Source: a virus (taxonomy: Duplodnaviria > Caudoviricetes). Taken from it: a stretch of 27,750 nt of DNA. Below the pieces are notes generated by a model. The model worked only from the letters and a program-made list of their open reading frames with translations, had not been told where the DNA came from and searched no databases. The stretch spans positions 1 to 27,750 of IMG/VR virus record IMGVR_UViG_3300010362_000087; one strand, written 5' to 3'. Made by a program: the position numbers and the translations under genes. Positions 6,359-18,732 of this stretch are shown here, in pieces. Within the stretch, counting starts at the first letter, position 1, and each line of letters starts with the position of its first letter.

Positions 6359-6799
6359 ATGCCAACCCTCCCGCAGCGATCCTGCACCACCCCAGGTTGC
6401 CCTAACTTAACCAAATCCGGTAAGTGCCCTTCCTGTTTAAAGGCCCTCGACCAACATCGAGGCCACTCCCGAGAACGTGGCTACACCCGTAACTGGGAAA
6501 AAATCTCCCGAATGTTCCTCCGCCGCAACCCTCTCTGCATGGACCCTTTCTTCCGCCACTCCAGCGAACACCGAATCGAACCATCCAAAGTAACCGATCA
6601 CATCATCCCCCACCACGGAAATCCTTCTCTCTTCAAAGATCCTAATAATCTCGGATCTCTCTGCATCTCCTGTCACAACCAAAAAACCTTCATGGAATCC
6701 AACGGTCACGACGTAACCTACCCTCGCCTAACCGTCTCCCAACTCCGCGAACGAGCCCTCCTCGGAATCTCCAAACCTGACCCGGAAGTTCTCGTGTGA
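6359..6799 (+). CDS. terminase-associated HNH endonuclease (HK97 gp74-like)
   Basis: CxxPGC/CxxC N-terminus, RERGY..W...FL..NPLC, TDHIIPHHG..LF.D.NNL.SLCISCHNQKT. Confidence 0.93.
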   Translation: MPTLPQRSCTTPGCPNLTKSGKCPSCLKALDQHRGHSRERGYTRNWEKISRMFLRRNPLCMDPFFRHSSEHRIEPSKVTDHIIPHHGNPSLFKDPNNLGSLCISCHNQKTFMESNGHDVTYPRLTVSQLRERALLGISKPDPEVLV

Positions 6800-6803
6800 C
6801 TCC

Positions 6804-7166
6804 ATGGCCTGCCCAGACCAAAATTCTTCCGGCCTCAAACCAACCAACCTCCAGCTTTATCAAGGAGACGACTTCATCGCGACCGTCACCGTCTCAAACG
6901 CCGATGGATCTCCAGCAGATCTCACCGGCTGCACCGCGAAAGCCCAAATCCGCAAAGACGTCGCTGATAAGCAACCATCGGTTGCTACCGAATTCACCAC
7001 CTCCGTTCAATCTCCTGTGATTAACATCTCCCTCACCCACGAACAAACACTTCAACTGAATGGAGATTACGTTTGGGATCTCCAAATCACGGACGGGAGC
7101 GGAGCTATCACCACGATCCTTGCGGGAGGAATTTCGGTTACCCAGGAAGTTACCCGAGATATTTAA
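6804..7166 (+). CDS. beta-sandwich fibre-attachment/adaptor protein (LtfC/p132/BppU-N-like)
   Basis: Pattern QGDDF...DG.P.DLTG.TAKAQIR...ISLTHEQT..L...YVWDLQIT...TILAG.I.V..EVTR, typical of proteins encoded just before phage fibres. Confidence 0.7.
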   Translation: MACPDQNSSGLKPTNLQLYQGDDFIATVTVSNADGSPADLTGCTAKAQIRKDVADKQPSVATEFTTSVQSPVINISLTHEQTLQLNGDYVWDLQITDGSGAITTILAGGISVTQEVTRDI

Positions 7167-7172
7167 AAAGAA

Positions 7173-7198
7173 TCAACTCCGCTTGCCGCCGGAGTTGA
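7173..7198. other. 9-bp inverted repeat TCAACTCCG / CGGAGTTGA
   Basis: Arms at 7173-7181 and 7190-7198, intergenic, no U-tract. Confidence 0.65.
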
Positions 7199-7279
7199 GC
7201 TTGCGGAAAAGTGCGGCGTCGAACTTACCAACACACCAACTTAACCTCGAAACTAAGCCAAAACTAAGGAGACAAGTTT

Positions 7280-7960
7280 ATGCAGCCGTTTCTTGCTTTG
7301 ATTACGCCGATGCCAACACCGGGTGGTCCTGATCCAGCGCCACCGGGAATTTGGGGACCTCCCGGCCCGTGGCCCACTCCTCCGATTAACCTGCCTCCAG
7401 GCACTGGCGGTGGTGGTCAACCACCTACTATTTGGGGGCCCCCTGGACCTTGGCCCACTCCCCCGATCAACATTCCGAAGCCACCTACTATCTGGGGACC
7501 TCCGGGGCCATGGCCTACTCCTCCGATCAATCTGCCTCCCGGCAGTAGTCAACCACCCGGGATCTGGGGACCTCCCGGGCCGTGGCCTACGCCTCCGATT
7601 AATCTTCCGAAGCCGCCGGAGATATGGGGACCTCCCGGGCCCTGGCCAACGCCCCCGATTAACCTGCCTCCGGGATCTGCGAATCCTCCTGGGATTTGGG
7701 GTCCTACAGATCCTAGACCTACGCCTCCTATTAATCTTCCGCCCAATGCACTGCCTCCAAATGTGCCGCCGCCTGGAGGTGGTGGACAACCAGGAGATGG
7801 TTGGACTTGGGCATGGAGCCCGATTTACGGATGGGTCGCTGTGCCGCCGTCAGGGGGAAAGCCTATGCCTCCTGGACAACCGGTCCCGCCCGATCCGCCA
7901 CCGGACGTACCTCCCGGTGGACCGCCCAGTCCGGATGCTCCTGTCGTTACTCCCCTGTAG
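7280..7960 (+). CDS. Pro/Trp-rich repeat protein, 226 aa, six PPxIWGPPGPWPTPPINLP units
   Basis: AAGGAG RBS. The repeats are conserved as protein but diverged at synonymous sites. The C-terminal motif is GWTWAWSPIYGWVAVP. Confidence 0.85.
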   Translation: MQPFLALITPMPTPGGPDPAPPGIWGPPGPWPTPPINLPPGTGGGGQPPTIWGPPGPWPTPPINIPKPPTIWGPPGPWPTPPINLPPGSSQPPGIWGPPGPWPTPPINLPKPPEIWGPPGPWPTPPINLPPGSANPPGIWGPTDPRPTPPINLPPNALPPNVPPPGGGGQPGDGWTWAWSPIYGWVAVPPSGGKPMPPGQPVPPDPPPDVPPGGPPSPDAPVVTPL

Positions 7961-7976
7961 GGAAATGACGAGTTAG

Positions 7977-8013
7977 ATCAACCCGGGTTGACATTTAATC
8001 AACCCGGGTTGAC
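7977..8013. promoter_or_regulatory. two perfect 14-bp palindromes TCAACCCGGGTTGA, 21-bp period
   Basis: Copies at 7978-7991 and 7999-8012, within the direct repeat ATCAACCCGGGTTGAC, 18 nt before the fibre ATG. Confidence 0.8.
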
Positions 8014-8030
8014 TAGGTTGAGTGAGTTGA

Positions 8031-11000
8031 ATGGCTGACGAACTGACAGCCAGTTTGAAGCAACGGCAGTTGAAGGCCGTCTTGAGCGGGTCGAAGCTCA
8101 AGGCGACCCTGACGGCCAGGGCTTTCAAGGCCGCAGTGGACGTGCCGACATTTGGCGTGAAGCTGGTGCCGGTTCGTCTTAACGCGAGGTTGCTGTCGGG
8201 GATGCCAGGGCCTCCTGGGCCTGTCGGACCTGCTGGACCCCCAGGCCCCACAGGCCCTGAAGGGCCTGTGGGTCCCACGGGAGCCCAGGGTAATCCAGGG
8301 CCGATGGGTCCGACGGGAGATCCGGGAGCCACGGGGCCGCAGGGCCCTCAAGGTGATCCTGGTCTTCAGGGAGTCCAAGGCCCCGCTGGAGCTACGGGGC
8401 CACAAGGAGATCCTGGGACTCCTGGGGCGCAGGGCGACCCGGGAGCGACCGGCGCGACCGGCGCTCAGGGACCGGCGGGCCCGACCGGACCTCAGGGTGT
8501 TCCGGGCGCTGACGGATCTACCGGCCCCACGGGGCCCGAAGGCCCCGTGGGTCCGCCGGGCACCGGCATTGCCGTTAAAGGAACCGTCCCGACTTCAGCG
8601 GATCTCCCCGCGACCGGCAACCCAGGAGACGCCTGGATTGCGGCTGACACCGGGAACCTCTGGGTGTGGGACGCCACGACTTCGTCGTGGATCGACGCGG
8701 GACATTTTCAAGGTCCGCCCGGTCCTGCGGGACCGCAAGGAATCGCCGGGCCTCAAGGCCCGGCTGGAATCCAGGGGCCCGTTGGACCGGCTGGACCGGC
8801 TGGAATTGAAGGACCGATTGGCCCCGAAGGAATCGCCGGGCCGACCGGCCCGGCTGGACCGCAGGGTGAGCAGGGCGTCACGGGACCGCAAGGCCCCCAG
8901 GGGAATCCGGGAATTCAAGGTCCGATGGGACCGGAAGGCCCCGCTGGTGCAACCGGGCCGCAAGGTCCACAAGGATTGGAGGGAGTCCCTGGACCGCAGG
9001 GTCCGGCTGGAGCTACCGGCGATATAGGGCCGCAGGGTCCGAAAGGCGACACGGGAGATCCGGGCCCAACGGGCCCGGCGGGAGTGCAGGGTCCAACCGG
9101 CCCGCAGGGAGTCGCTGGGGATACAGGACCAGCGGGTCCGCAAGGAAATCCGGGACCGGTGGGTCCTGAAGGGCCCACAGGTCCCGAGGGCCCTCCAGGG
9201 ACGTCGATTGAGATTAAAGGTTCGGTGGATACGGCGGCTGACCTGCCGACGACGGGCAATCCTGGGGATGCTTACATAACGGCTGACACCGGACATCTCT
9301 GGGTGTGGACGTCCTCGGGATGGCTGGACGCCGGGAACGTCACGGGCCCTGAGGGACCGGCAGGTCCTACAGGTCCGGCTGGACCGACAGGAGCTACAGG
9401 AGCCCAAGGTCCGAAGGGCGACACGGGAGATCCTGGTCCGACGGGCCCTCAGGGAATCCAGGGCCCCACCGGAAGCACGGGAGCCACAGGGCCGGAAGGC
9501 CCGGCTGGAGCGACCGGAGCCACGGGACCTCAAGGCTTGCAGGGACTGACCGGCCCACAAGGTATCCAGGGCCCGGCGGGCGCGGACGGAGCCCAGGGAG
9601 CCACGGGCCCGCAAGGTCCGCAAGGCCCGGCTGGAGCCACGGGCGCACAAGGCCCTCCTGGCCCTTCGTCGATCATCCAGGACGAGGGGACTGTTCTAAC
9701 CTCTCGAACTTACTTGAACTTCGTTGGTCCGGGAGTGACCGCGACTGACGACTCGGCGAACAACCGCACCGTGGTCACGATCCCGGGCGCGGTGCAGACT
9801 CCATGGACCCAGAACATCGACGGCGGTGGATTTAGTCTGACGAACACAAACTTCATCTCCGCGAATAACTTCATCAACGAAGCCGGTTACTACGGTTGGC
9901 GCGTGGGTGGTCTGTGGCGCTGGCAGGCCGCGACTGCCGGGAGCGAGTCCACCGGCAACGCGGGCAGCGACTTCGCCCTTTACCGATTCAGCGACGCGGA
10001 AGCCTTAATCGGCACTCCGCTGACGATCACCCGCAGCAGCGGCGCTGTCACCTGGAACTGCGGAGCGGCTAACTTCACGATCAACACAACGTCGTCTGCT
10101 TACGCGCTCGACGTAACCGGACGAGGCCGGTTCAGTGTACTTGTCGTCGCCAACGCAACCGCCGCTGGTCAACAAGCAGACCTACTTTTGACGCAGGGCG
10201 GCATAAGCAGGTGGACCGTTGGAAAGGATGCCTCGGGTGAGAGCGGCTCAAACGCCGGTTCCAACTTCTTTATTGCCCGCGCCAACGACGCTGGTGGAGG
10301 CCTTGGCAACGTCCTGGCAATCAGTCGCGCAACCGGGATAGTGGATTTCAACTTCACGCCCACCATCGGCGGAGTCTCGATCATCACGAAGTGCCAGACG
10401 CCGTGGTTGCAGAACATCAACGGCGGTCACTTCGATCTGACCAACGTGAACGGCGTCTTTTTCTCCTGTCCGCCAAGTCCTACCTGGAGTTTCTGTTTCA
10501 ACAACCAGGGCGGGACGCTCACCATGCGTCGCGATGACACCTGGGTGACATTGTTCTCCATAGACGGCAATGGCGTCTTTGGAGCCCTGCAATTGTGGGC
10601 TAGATCAGCTACTGACGCCAATCAGAACATGACGCTGATTTACGATGCGGCGGGAGATTATGGAAAGATCGAAGTCTATCATGCCGGGGTTGGTTATAGG
10701 CCGTTGGTATTGCAACCGTCGAGCGGCAACGTCGGAATCAGCAAGACTAACCCAGGATATAAGTTGGACGTCGCAGGGGACTGCAACCTACAGAGTGGGG
10801 CTGTCTACCGGATCAACGGCGTGGACATCCGCACGACGATGCAGACTCCCTGGTTGCAGAACATTGCCGGAGCGGGCTATAGCCTGAGTAATGTCGGTGA
10901 TATTCAGGTGTTCTCGACATCGACGTTCAGGATGGATCTGACCGCCGATACGGCGGGGGCTTATCAGACGTTCCAATCGACGGGGGGCCTGAATCGGTGG

Positions 11001-14000
11001 CAGTGGAAGACCGGAGTCGCCGAAACGGGCTCCAATGCGGGAAGTGATTTATTCCTTGGCCGGTATACCGACGCCGGGGCGCTGATCGGTTATCCGTTTT
11101 CCATTGTCCGCTCGACGGGCGTGGTCAACTTCACGCAGACGCCGACTGTCAACGGGACTTCGATTGTTGCTGCGTCGCAGACTCCGTGGTTGAGCGACAT
11201 CGACGCCGCCGGTCACAACCTCAACAACGCATACAACATTCAGGCGACCAACTATGTCTGGGCGTTGGGCTATGTTTCCACACCATCGGTTTATGCGAGC
11301 AGCAATTTACAGGCAGGCCCTAACGGCCAACCGCAAATTATCATTAATCCGATCAACATCGCCATCATGGGTCCCGGTGCTGTCATCCGCTGGAGTATCG
11401 GCGCTAACACTCCAGCAGAGACCGGAGGCAATTCTGGTAGTGACTTCAACATTCAACGCTTCAGCGATGCCGGGGCGACGTTAGGCAGTCCGCTCACCAT
11501 CATCCGCGCCACGGGTGTAGTGAACTTCTCGGCGACGCCGACTGTCAATGGAACCTCGATCATCGCCGCATCACAGACGCCTTGGTTACAAGATATCAAC
11601 GCGGCGAATTACAACCTGTCTTACGTCAACAGCATTCTAGTCGGTTCCAGCGGCTATACGACGCTGATCTATGGCTATGGGACTTATTTCAAAGCTCCTG
11701 GCGGAACGCGGTGGCTGCTTGCCGGTAATACAGGCACGGAATCCGGCTCCAACTCCGGTAGTGATTTCTATATCCAGCGCTTCAACGACGCCGGAGGCAC
11801 GATAGACCTCCCGTTGGTGATTCAGCGCTCAACCGGCAATGTCGGCGTTAACGTTACCGCACCCACGGCCAAGCTGGACCTGCAAGGCGCGTTGAATGTC
11901 TTCGACAACAACGGCGGCAAGATCCAATATGCCGGGATCGTGACGGAAGTCGGCGGGCAGCTAATCAACTTCGGCGTGAACGACACCCGATTCGGCTTTC
12001 AGAACGTCGCCTCGCAGGGCGGCTTCCTGCGCATAGCTACTACCATCGATCCGCTGTTCTCGTTCTATGGTCGGGTGGCTTCAGCCACTACGCCCGCGAA
12101 GCTGGCCGTGCTCACTAGCGGTGGCAGCATGGGGATCGGCGCGGCCTCGCCCTGGACCCGCTTGCACGTCGCCGGTTCCAACACGGGCGGCTTCCCCACC
12201 GCAGGAAGTCCTACCTACGGCGTTTCGCTGATCAGCAACTCCGATCTGAACTACGGCGTACTGACCGGCGTGAACTACACGGGAGAAGGCTGGATTCAGG
12301 CGCAGCGTGTGGACGGGACCGCGACGACTTACAACCTCTGGCTACAGCCCGCAGGCGGCTACACCATCTTCGGCGGCAACATCGACGGCGGCGGGCACTT
12401 CATCAACAACGTATCCTTTGTGTACGTTACCGGCGGGTTCCAGGTAATCTCCGGGACGAACAAGAACACCATCGACTCCATTGGTTCTAACTACTACACG
12501 AGCGGCAATCTCCGCTGGGCGTTTTACAAGGCCGACACCGAGAGCGGAAGCAACACTGGAAGCAACTTTCATTTTTACCGCTACGCGGATGATGGTTCGT
12601 ATCTCGGGCAGATCATGATGTTCAACCGCGCTACCGGCGTAGTTGACTTCGGAGTCACTCCCACCATCAACGGGACTTCGATCATTGCCGCAGCGCAGAC
12701 ACCGTGGGTCCAAAACGTAAATGGTGGTGGGTTCAATCTCAGCAACGTTGGCACGGTCACGGCCACTAACCTCCAGGCGCTGAACGGCGGCGAACTGCTG
12801 GTTCAGAATGCAGCGGGCACAATTTATACCGAAGTCACCTCTGCTGGCAGCTACTATCGCGTCAACAGCAAGGCCCGCTGGAATATGCTGATCGGCAACA
12901 CGGAGACGGGAAGCAACACGGGCAGTGACTTCTTCTTCTACCGGTATGACGATGCGGGCACGACCTTGCTCGGAACCGCGCTTTGCATGATCCGCTCGAA
13001 TGGCCGCATTGGGATCAACAACGCCTCGCCGCAGTATCAGTTGGACGTCGGCGGTTCGATCCGCACTACCGGTGATGTAGTTGTTCCCTCGGGGTGGGTT
13101 TATTCCTCTTCCGGGCTGGCGGTGACTGACGGCTCGCTGGCCGTGAAGTGGTTAATTTATCATCCTGCTGCGGACCCATCACTGTACATCCGTGACTTGG
13201 TGAACTCCGTGATGGCGATGCAGTTCCAGCCCGGCACTCCCGGAGCGATTACCTGTTCCTTCCCGGTTACTGTTTCCCTCTCGACGAACACTCCGGCGCT
13301 AGTCCTCCAGGGAGCCACTGCCGGTTGGGCCAGTGGCATTCAGTTCGCTAATACGACTCCCTCTATCGGTCGCAACTTTGGGATCTACTCCGACAGCGGC
13401 GGCAACTTCATATTCGCGGATAATACCAGCGGCACGGGGCTGATCTTAATCAACGGCACCAATCACTTCATGCGGGTCGGCAGCGCGGTGCAACCAGCTT
13501 ATCAACTGGATGTGACAGGTGACTGCAATATCTCGGGGACCTACCGCGTCAACGGCAATCCTTTGATCAACGCCGCACAGACACCGTGGCTCCAAAACAT
13601 CAACGGCGGCGGCTACACGTTGAGCAACGTAGGCAACATCACTTCAAACGGCTTCCTCCAGGGCAACACGCTTTTCGTAACCGATGGAACGAACAACATG
13701 GTAAAGATCGTTCCCAACACGATCTATTACTACATCGCTAATAAGCTGCGCTGGGTTAATAACATTGTAGACACGGAGAGCGGCAGTAATGCAGGCAGTA
13801 ACTTCTATATCCTGCGCTACGCGGATGACGGTTCGTATCTGGGAGTTGGATTATCGATCAACCGGGCAACCGGCGCTTTATCGACGGGGCAGGTGAGTTC
13901 CGTCAACGCCAATGGTTTTATCAACATCATCCCCAATGCTGGCCTTAACTATATCCAGAGCGCCAATTCGGCGGGGACGGTGGCGCAGGGGCTGGCTATC

Positions 14001-17000
14001 TCGGGGCCGAGTGCAGTGACGCTGCCGTCTTTTGCGGTTAGTGCAACTTCATCCAGCTTCAGCGGAACGCTTTCCAGTGGAGCCATTACAGCCACAACCA
14101 GCATTGCCTGCAAAGACGGCTCGAATAACTATACGTCTATAACCCCAACTACCGTGCAGTTCCAGATAGGCAACAAAGCGCGGTGGTATCTCATGATTTC
14201 GGACGCAGAGAGCGGGAGCAATTCGGGCAGCAACTTCCGAATCGTTAGCTACGATGACCCGGAAAGCGTCATTACTGAGCGTCTTCGGATTAATCGCGCT
14301 ACTGGTAATGTGGGCATCGGCAATAGCAGCCCAAGCTACAACCTGGATGTGGCTGGTCAGATCCGTGCCACGAATAACATCATCTCGGGCGCTCAAGTCA
14401 CCGCTCTCGGACATACGATCAATGGGCCGAACGCTACAGCTAATCCGCCCTACATCAACTGGTATGTCGCGGGACTTCCACGATGGTGCATGCTGACCGG
14501 CAATGCGGAAGCCGCCGGGAATGTCGGCAGCGACTGGTCGTTCTGCCGCTATGACAACGCCGGGACATATCTGGGTGCGCCGATATCCATCATCCGGGCT
14601 ACAGGCGTGGTGAATTTCGAGACGACGCCGACCATCGCTGGAGTGTCGATCATCTCGAAATCCCAGACACCCTGGTTGCAGGATATTGACGGCGGGAATT
14701 ATGTACTTCGCAATGCAGCACAACTCCAAACAGGAACGGCGACGGGCGATTCGGTTTATGTGACTAAGACCATTCAGACGTGGTCTACAAACGGTAATGC
14801 CCGTTGGGCGCTTTATAAAGCAGACGCGGAGACCGGGAGTAATGCGGGCTCGAATTTTTATTGGTCCAGATATAGCGACGCGGGGGCTTATCTCGGGAAT
14901 GTGCTGACGATCAATCGTGCGAGTGGAGTGGTGAACTTCCCTTCGACGCCCACCATCGGCGGTGTCTCGATGATCGCAGCGTCACAGACACCCTGGTTGC
15001 AAAGCGTGAACGGCGGCGGGTTCGGCCTGAGCAATGTGAACGGGATTTACTCCACGGTTTTCTATGTGGGGCCAGCGCCCACGGGAACCATCGGGCAGTT
15101 CTTCTACAGCGGGCAGGATACTTACCTCGGCGGTTACGGGACGGGTCTCCTTTATCTGGTCCAGGGAGGAACCGCACGGTTCGGCGTTGGCTCGACGGGC
15201 CTTCTCCCAGTCACGGATAACACCTACGATCTCGGCAGTTCGAGCTATCGCATTCGTGACCTCTACATGTTGGGGAATCTCTCGACGGCCAACTCCCTGA
15301 ACGCCAAGTATCTCAACATTCAGAAGAGCGTTTCGAGCTTCACGGACGCCGTGCCCTTCTGCATCAGCGCTACCTCGGTCACTACTGGTGCGACCGGCTC
15401 GGTGATGATCCCAAGCTACTACGAGCACGATCTCAACAACTGCACCATCACGGGCGCTGTCTACGGGAATCATTTCCTGGTCATCATGCAGGGGTCCACT
15501 ACCTGCCCGGACTTCTGCGTCATCGAGACCCGGCCTTATATGCAAGGCACGGGCAACATCGCCTACATGACGGGCATGCAGTCAAACCCGTACTTCTGGA
15601 GCAATTGCAGCGGAACGATTTCTCACCTCACCGGTTTCTTGGTGCAGGCGGGGGCTTATGGCGGCGGCGCAACCTCGGCGATTACCAACTGGCGTTCCTT
15701 CTGGTCACGTGCGGTGAACACGACGTTCGGGACCAAGGTCACCAATGTCTATGGTTTGGTGATTGACGCGCAGTCACAGGGGACTGGCACTAACATCGCG
15801 ATTATCACGTCGCAGGCCTCGACCGCTCCGGGAAGCTGGGCGCTCTATAACAGCGGGACCGCGCCTTCGTATTTTGCCGGAAGCATTGGGATCGGGACCA
15901 CGAACCCGTTGGGCCCGTTGGATATCAAGAACGGCATCTTGATAATGGAAGGCCCGTACCGATCCTCCCGGCCTGCCATTTCGGCGGTCAGGATCTCGAA
16001 CGAAATCAGCGGCTGTAACTCCCTCGCGGGAGACGATGGGTTCCTGCGGATCTCGGCGGGCGGCGGCACTGATACTGCCTGGAGAGCCTGGATCGATCTC
16101 TCGGGATATGCCGGAGGTAATACCGACCTGGAGAAAACCATCCTCTTCGGGATAGGCACCGAGAGGATGAGGATCATGGGCACCGGCAACGTTGGAATCA
16201 ATTTCAACAACCCCCTGACGAAGCTTCACGTAGTTGGGGCGGCGTTTGGATATCCCACATCTGGCAGTCCTACGAACAGTTCATTGCTGGTGAGCAACTC
16301 CAGCGGCGGCTATGGGCTTCTGATGGGCGTCAACGGCGACGGCACGGGCTGGATTCAGTGTCAACGGGCGGACTCAACCGCCGCTTTGTACAACATGGTC
16401 TTGCAGCCTCTCGGCGGTTCGGTCTGTATCGGCAACACAACCCCTTCGGGTTACACCCTGAACGTAACCGGAGCCATTTACGCATCAAGTGCTATCACCG
16501 GTGCCTATTTCATTTCCGCAATAGGCAACGGACTATCTTGGGCAGACAACTCCTGGCTGATCTATCACCTTGGCGGCGTTGACACTAATCTTTACTTCCG
16601 TGACACGACAAACGCGCAGATGGCGTTGACTCTACAGCAGGGCAGTCCGCCTGCGGCTGTCTTCTACGGCAAGGTATCCATCAGCAATCAGCCTCTCACC
16701 TATGCCCTGAACGTGGCGGGCGATTGCAACGTGACCGGCGTCTATCGGATCAACGGGGTCGATATTCGCGGGTACGCGCAGACGCCCTGGACGCAGGATG
16801 TGAACGCCAACGCTTTTGTGCTGTACAACCTCTCCTATCTAGCCATCTATGCCAGCGGCGCCAATAGCAACACTTCCTACATTTATCTCTACCGGACTGC
16901 ACAGGCCCGATGGTACATGGGAGGCAACAGCACCACAGAGGCGACCGGCAACGTTGGTACGGATTTCATATTGGCGCGTTGTGATAATACCGGAGCATCA

Positions 17001-18347
17001 ATAGGGGTTGCGTTTCAGATCATGCGCTCCAGCGGCAACGTAGGCGTGAACTGCAACAGCCCAAGTACGAGGATGCAGGTATGCGGCACTACTTCGGGTC
17101 TCCCGACAGCGGGTAGCGCGACCGGCAGTTCGTTTCTGGTGAGCAACGTCGATGCGAACTACGGCATGCTGATGGGCGTCACCAGCGGCGGTACGGGCTG
17201 GATTCAATCGCAGCGCATTGATGCAGGAACTACTTTGTACGGCCTGCTGTTGAATCCGCTCGGCGGCAACGTGGGAATCAACAACAACAATCCCGGTGCT
17301 GCACTGGATGTGACTGGCAATGTCCGGGCGCTGGCCGTTTTGGCCAACACAACCTCTATCGCAGCCCCGCCTAGTTTCCTCCTTCAGTTGAACGCCTCCA
17401 CGCGGTGGGCCTCCACTATCGTCAACGCCGAGGGTGGTTCAAACTCCGGCAGCGACTTTGCTCTCCAACGTTACAGCGACGCGGCTGGGTTTCTAGGGAT
17501 TACTTTTCAGATCATCCGCTCCACGGGTCACGCGATCTTCACCGGCAGGCTGGCGGTGGGCGGGTCGTTCCAACCGGCTTATCCGCTGGATGTTTTGGGC
17601 GACGTGAACCACACCGGGATATTGAAGCAGGGCAGTAGCTCTCTCAGCGGGACGACTCCGGTGATTTACACGCTGGGTGCGGGGCAGGCCGTGACCGGCG
17701 GAACGTATACCTATCCGACTGGCAACCAGTCTGCGACCCTCGTCTTGCAGGACACCGCCGCAACCACCGGCTCGGGAGGGATGGTGGCGTTCGGGGCGGG
17801 AGCCGGGGCCTTCGCCGGAATCAAAGGTTTGATCCAGAGCAACACCAGCAACACCTCGGGCGACATCGGATTCTACGTCCGGTTCGCCGGGGGCGACACC
17901 ACGATGTATGAGGCCATGCGGCTGCTGGCCAACGGGAATTTGGGAGTTGGAAAGTATCCCAGTTATCGATTGGATGTTGCTGGCGACGTGAACCTTTCCA
18001 GTGGCTCTGTTTACCGGGTCAACGGCGTCGCGATCACTGGGGGCGGGCCGACTACCTTCACGGCTTATCCTTCGGGCCGGGTCCTCGGTACGGTTTACAC
18101 CAACTCCGGCTCGACGCCCATGTTCGTCTCAGTCGTAGGCCAGGGCTCCACCGGCACCGGCACCAACGCCCTCGCGGCATACGCCGACACCAACTCCAAC
18201 CCAACCACGATTGTCTCGGTGAATCAAACCACCACCTACTCCGAAACCACCGGATATCGAGCCGTCTTCTTCATCGTCCTCCCCGGTTACAAATACAAAG
18301 TAGTCGCCACCAACATGAACCTGAGCTACTGGAATGAGTGGAATTAA
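8031..18347 (+). CDS. giant collagen-like, modular virion fibre protein (3438 aa)
   Basis: Three Gly-X-Y tracts (~8199-9666) are split by two Trp-rich knob repeats. These are followed by 10 QTPW..(N/D)I.GG modules, 13 RW...E.G.N.GS.F...R..D.G modules and GNVGI...P...LDV.G fibre motifs. The C-terminus R.LGTVYTN...P.FVSV...YW.E is fibre-tip-like. Confidence 0.9.
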   Translation: MADELTASLKQRQLKAVLSGSKLKATLTARAFKAAVDVPTFGVKLVPVRLNARLLSGMPGPPGPVGPAGPPGPTGPEGPVGPTGAQGNPGPMGPTGDPGATGPQGPQGDPGLQGVQGPAGATGPQGDPGTPGAQGDPGATGATGAQGPAGPTGPQGVPGADGSTGPTGPEGPVGPPGTGIAVKGTVPTSADLPATGNPGDAWIAADTGNLWVWDATTSSWIDAGHFQGPPGPAGPQGIAGPQGPAGIQGPVGPAGPAGIEGPIGPEGIAGPTGPAGPQGEQGVTGPQGPQGNPGIQGPMGPEGPAGATGPQGPQGLEGVPGPQGPAGATGDIGPQGPKGDTGDPGPTGPAGVQGPTGPQGVAGDTGPAGPQGNPGPVGPEGPTGPEGPPGTSIEIKGSVDTAADLPTTGNPGDAYITADTGHLWVWTSSGWLDAGNVTGPEGPAGPTGPAGPTGATGAQGPKGDTGDPGPTGPQGIQGPTGSTGATGPEGPAGATGATGPQGLQGLTGPQGIQGPAGADGAQGATGPQGPQGPAGATGAQGPPGPSSIIQDEGTVLTSRTYLNFVGPGVTATDDSANNRTVVTIPGAVQTPWTQNIDGGGFSLTNTNFISANNFINEAGYYGWRVGGLWRWQAATAGSESTGNAGSDFALYRFSDAEALIGTPLTITRSSGAVTWNCGAANFTINTTSSAYALDVTGRGRFSVLVVANATAAGQQADLLLTQGGISRWTVGKDASGESGSNAGSNFFIARANDAGGGLGNVLAISRATGIVDFNFTPTIGGVSIITKCQTPWLQNINGGHFDLTNVNGVFFSCPPSPTWSFCFNNQGGTLTMRRDDTWVTLFSIDGNGVFGALQLWARSATDANQNMTLIYDAAGDYGKIEVYHAGVGYRPLVLQPSSGNVGISKTNPGYKLDVAGDCNLQSGAVYRINGVDIRTTMQTPWLQNIAGAGYSLSNVGDIQVFSTSTFRMDLTADTAGAYQTFQSTGGLNRWQWKTGVAETGSNAGSDLFLGRYTDAGALIGYPFSIVRSTGVVNFTQTPTVNGTSIVAASQTPWLSDIDAAGHNLNNAYNIQATNYVWALGYVSTPSVYASSNLQAGPNGQPQIIINPINIAIMGPGAVIRWSIGANTPAETGGNSGSDFNIQRFSDAGATLGSPLTIIRATGVVNFSATPTVNGTSIIAASQTPWLQDINAANYNLSYVNSILVGSSGYTTLIYGYGTYFKAPGGTRWLLAGNTGTESGSNSGSDFYIQRFNDAGGTIDLPLVIQRSTGNVGVNVTAPTAKLDLQGALNVFDNNGGKIQYAGIVTEVGGQLINFGVNDTRFGFQNVASQGGFLRIATTIDPLFSFYGRVASATTPAKLAVLTSGGSMGIGAASPWTRLHVAGSNTGGFPTAGSPTYGVSLISNSDLNYGVLTGVNYTGEGWIQAQRVDGTATTYNLWLQPAGGYTIFGGNIDGGGHFINNVSFVYVTGGFQVISGTNKNTIDSIGSNYYTSGNLRWAFYKADTESGSNTGSNFHFYRYADDGSYLGQIMMFNRATGVVDFGVTPTINGTSIIAAAQTPWVQNVNGGGFNLSNVGTVTATNLQALNGGELLVQNAAGTIYTEVTSAGSYYRVNSKARWNMLIGNTETGSNTGSDFFFYRYDDAGTTLLGTALCMIRSNGRIGINNASPQYQLDVGGSIRTTGDVVVPSGWVYSSSGLAVTDGSLAVKWLIYHPAADPSLYIRDLVNSVMAMQFQPGTPGAITCSFPVTVSLSTNTPALVLQGATAGWASGIQFANTTPSIGRNFGIYSDSGGNFIFADNTSGTGLILINGTNHFMRVGSAVQPAYQLDVTGDCNISGTYRVNGNPLINAAQTPWLQNINGGGYTLSNVGNITSNGFLQGNTLFVTDGTNNMVKIVPNTIYYYIANKLRWVNNIVDTESGSNAGSNFYILRYADDGSYLGVGLSINRATGALSTGQVSSVNANGFINIIPNAGLNYIQSANSAGTVAQGLAISGPSAVTLPSFAVSATSSSFSGTLSSGAITATTSIACKDGSNNYTSITPTTVQFQIGNKARWYLMISDAESGSNSGSNFRIVSYDDPESVITERLRINRATGNVGIGNSSPSYNLDVAGQIRATNNIISGAQVTALGHTINGPNATANPPYINWYVAGLPRWCMLTGNAEAAGNVGSDWSFCRYDNAGTYLGAPISIIRATGVVNFETTPTIAGVSIISKSQTPWLQDIDGGNYVLRNAAQLQTGTATGDSVYVTKTIQTWSTNGNARWALYKADAETGSNAGSNFYWSRYSDAGAYLGNVLTINRASGVVNFPSTPTIGGVSMIAASQTPWLQSVNGGGFGLSNVNGIYSTVFYVGPAPTGTIGQFFYSGQDTYLGGYGTGLLYLVQGGTARFGVGSTGLLPVTDNTYDLGSSSYRIRDLYMLGNLSTANSLNAKYLNIQKSVSSFTDAVPFCISATSVTTGATGSVMIPSYYEHDLNNCTITGAVYGNHFLVIMQGSTTCPDFCVIETRPYMQGTGNIAYMTGMQSNPYFWSNCSGTISHLTGFLVQAGAYGGGATSAITNWRSFWSRAVNTTFGTKVTNVYGLVIDAQSQGTGTNIAIITSQASTAPGSWALYNSGTAPSYFAGSIGIGTTNPLGPLDIKNGILIMEGPYRSSRPAISAVRISNEISGCNSLAGDDGFLRISAGGGTDTAWRAWIDLSGYAGGNTDLEKTILFGIGTERMRIMGTGNVGINFNNPLTKLHVVGAAFGYPTSGSPTNSSLLVSNSSGGYGLLMGVNGDGTGWIQCQRADSTAALYNMVLQPLGGSVCIGNTTPSGYTLNVTGAIYASSAITGAYFISAIGNGLSWADNSWLIYHLGGVDTNLYFRDTTNAQMALTLQQGSPPAAVFYGKVSISNQPLTYALNVAGDCNVTGVYRINGVDIRGYAQTPWTQDVNANAFVLYNLSYLAIYASGANSNTSYIYLYRTAQARWYMGGNSTTEATGNVGTDFILARCDNTGASIGVAFQIMRSSGNVGVNCNSPSTRMQVCGTTSGLPTAGSATGSSFLVSNVDANYGMLMGVTSGGTGWIQSQRIDAGTTLYGLLLNPLGGNVGINNNNPGAALDVTGNVRALAVLANTTSIAAPPSFLLQLNASTRWASTIVNAEGGSNSGSDFALQRYSDAAGFLGITFQIIRSTGHAIFTGRLAVGGSFQPAYPLDVLGDVNHTGILKQGSSSLSGTTPVIYTLGAGQAVTGGTYTYPTGNQSATLVLQDTAATTGSGGMVAFGAGAGAFAGIKGLIQSNTSNTSGDIGFYVRFAGGDTTMYEAMRLLANGNLGVGKYPSYRLDVAGDVNLSSGSVYRVNGVAITGGGPTTFTAYPSGRVLGTVYTNSGSTPMFVSVVGQGSTGTGTNALAAYADTNSNPTTIVSVNQTTTYSETTGYRAVFFIVLPGYKYKVVATNMNLSYWNEWN

Positions 18348-18360
18348 TTAAAGGAGACCC

Positions 18361-18732
18361 ATGCAAAGCATCTTCCTGAATTATTATCAGCGGGTCCTGA
18401 TCTGGAACATGATCGGGGCTCATCCCGCGCCGGGATTGAAGGAAGCTTCGGTATTGTTGAGAGTGATCGAGAAGGTCAGGCTTTCGGATCGGGAGACTAT
18501 CGACACGGAGTTCCGACCGGACGGCCCGAACCTGTCCTGGAAGCTTCCCGAGAATGGCTATGGCGATAAGGTCATCGAGTTGGAGAACGAGGAAGCTACA
18601 GCCCTGGCGGGCGTCATTGAAAATACCCGCCCGATCCGGGTGGCGGACGCCGGATGGCTCCTCAAGATCGTAGCTCAGTTATCTACATCTCCCAAAACAG
18701 TCGAGGCCTTCGCCGTAGACGGAGTTCAGTAA
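18361..18732 (+). CDS. hypothetical protein, 123 aa, possible fibre assembly chaperone
   Basis: AAGGAG RBS, directly after the fibre gene. The function is inferred from position only. Confidence 0.7.
   Translation: MQSIFLNYYQRVLIWNMIGAHPAPGLKEASVLLRVIEKVRLSDRETIDTEFRPDGPNLSWKLPENGYGDKVIELENEEATALAGVIENTRPIRVADAGWLLKIVAQLSTSPKTVEAFAVDGVQ

Noticed and set aside
7330-7750. Repeat-spacer pattern suggestive of a CRISPR array
   Set aside because: The units vary at synonymous positions and encode a peptide repeat. There are no unique spacers or cas genes.
7988-8019. TTGACA as a -35 box for a fibre promoter
   Set aside because: No acceptable -10 hexamer at 16-18 bp spacing.
7973-9650. Minus-strand and alternate-frame ORFs, some with Gly-Pro repeats
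   Set aside because: Artefacts of the collagen tract, because GGN-CCN codons read similarly on the opposite strand.
9790-18347. Diversity-generating retroelement VR/TR pair in the fibre
   Set aside because: The copies inspected differ at all bases rather than only adenines, and no reverse transcriptase is in the window. An element outside the window cannot be excluded.
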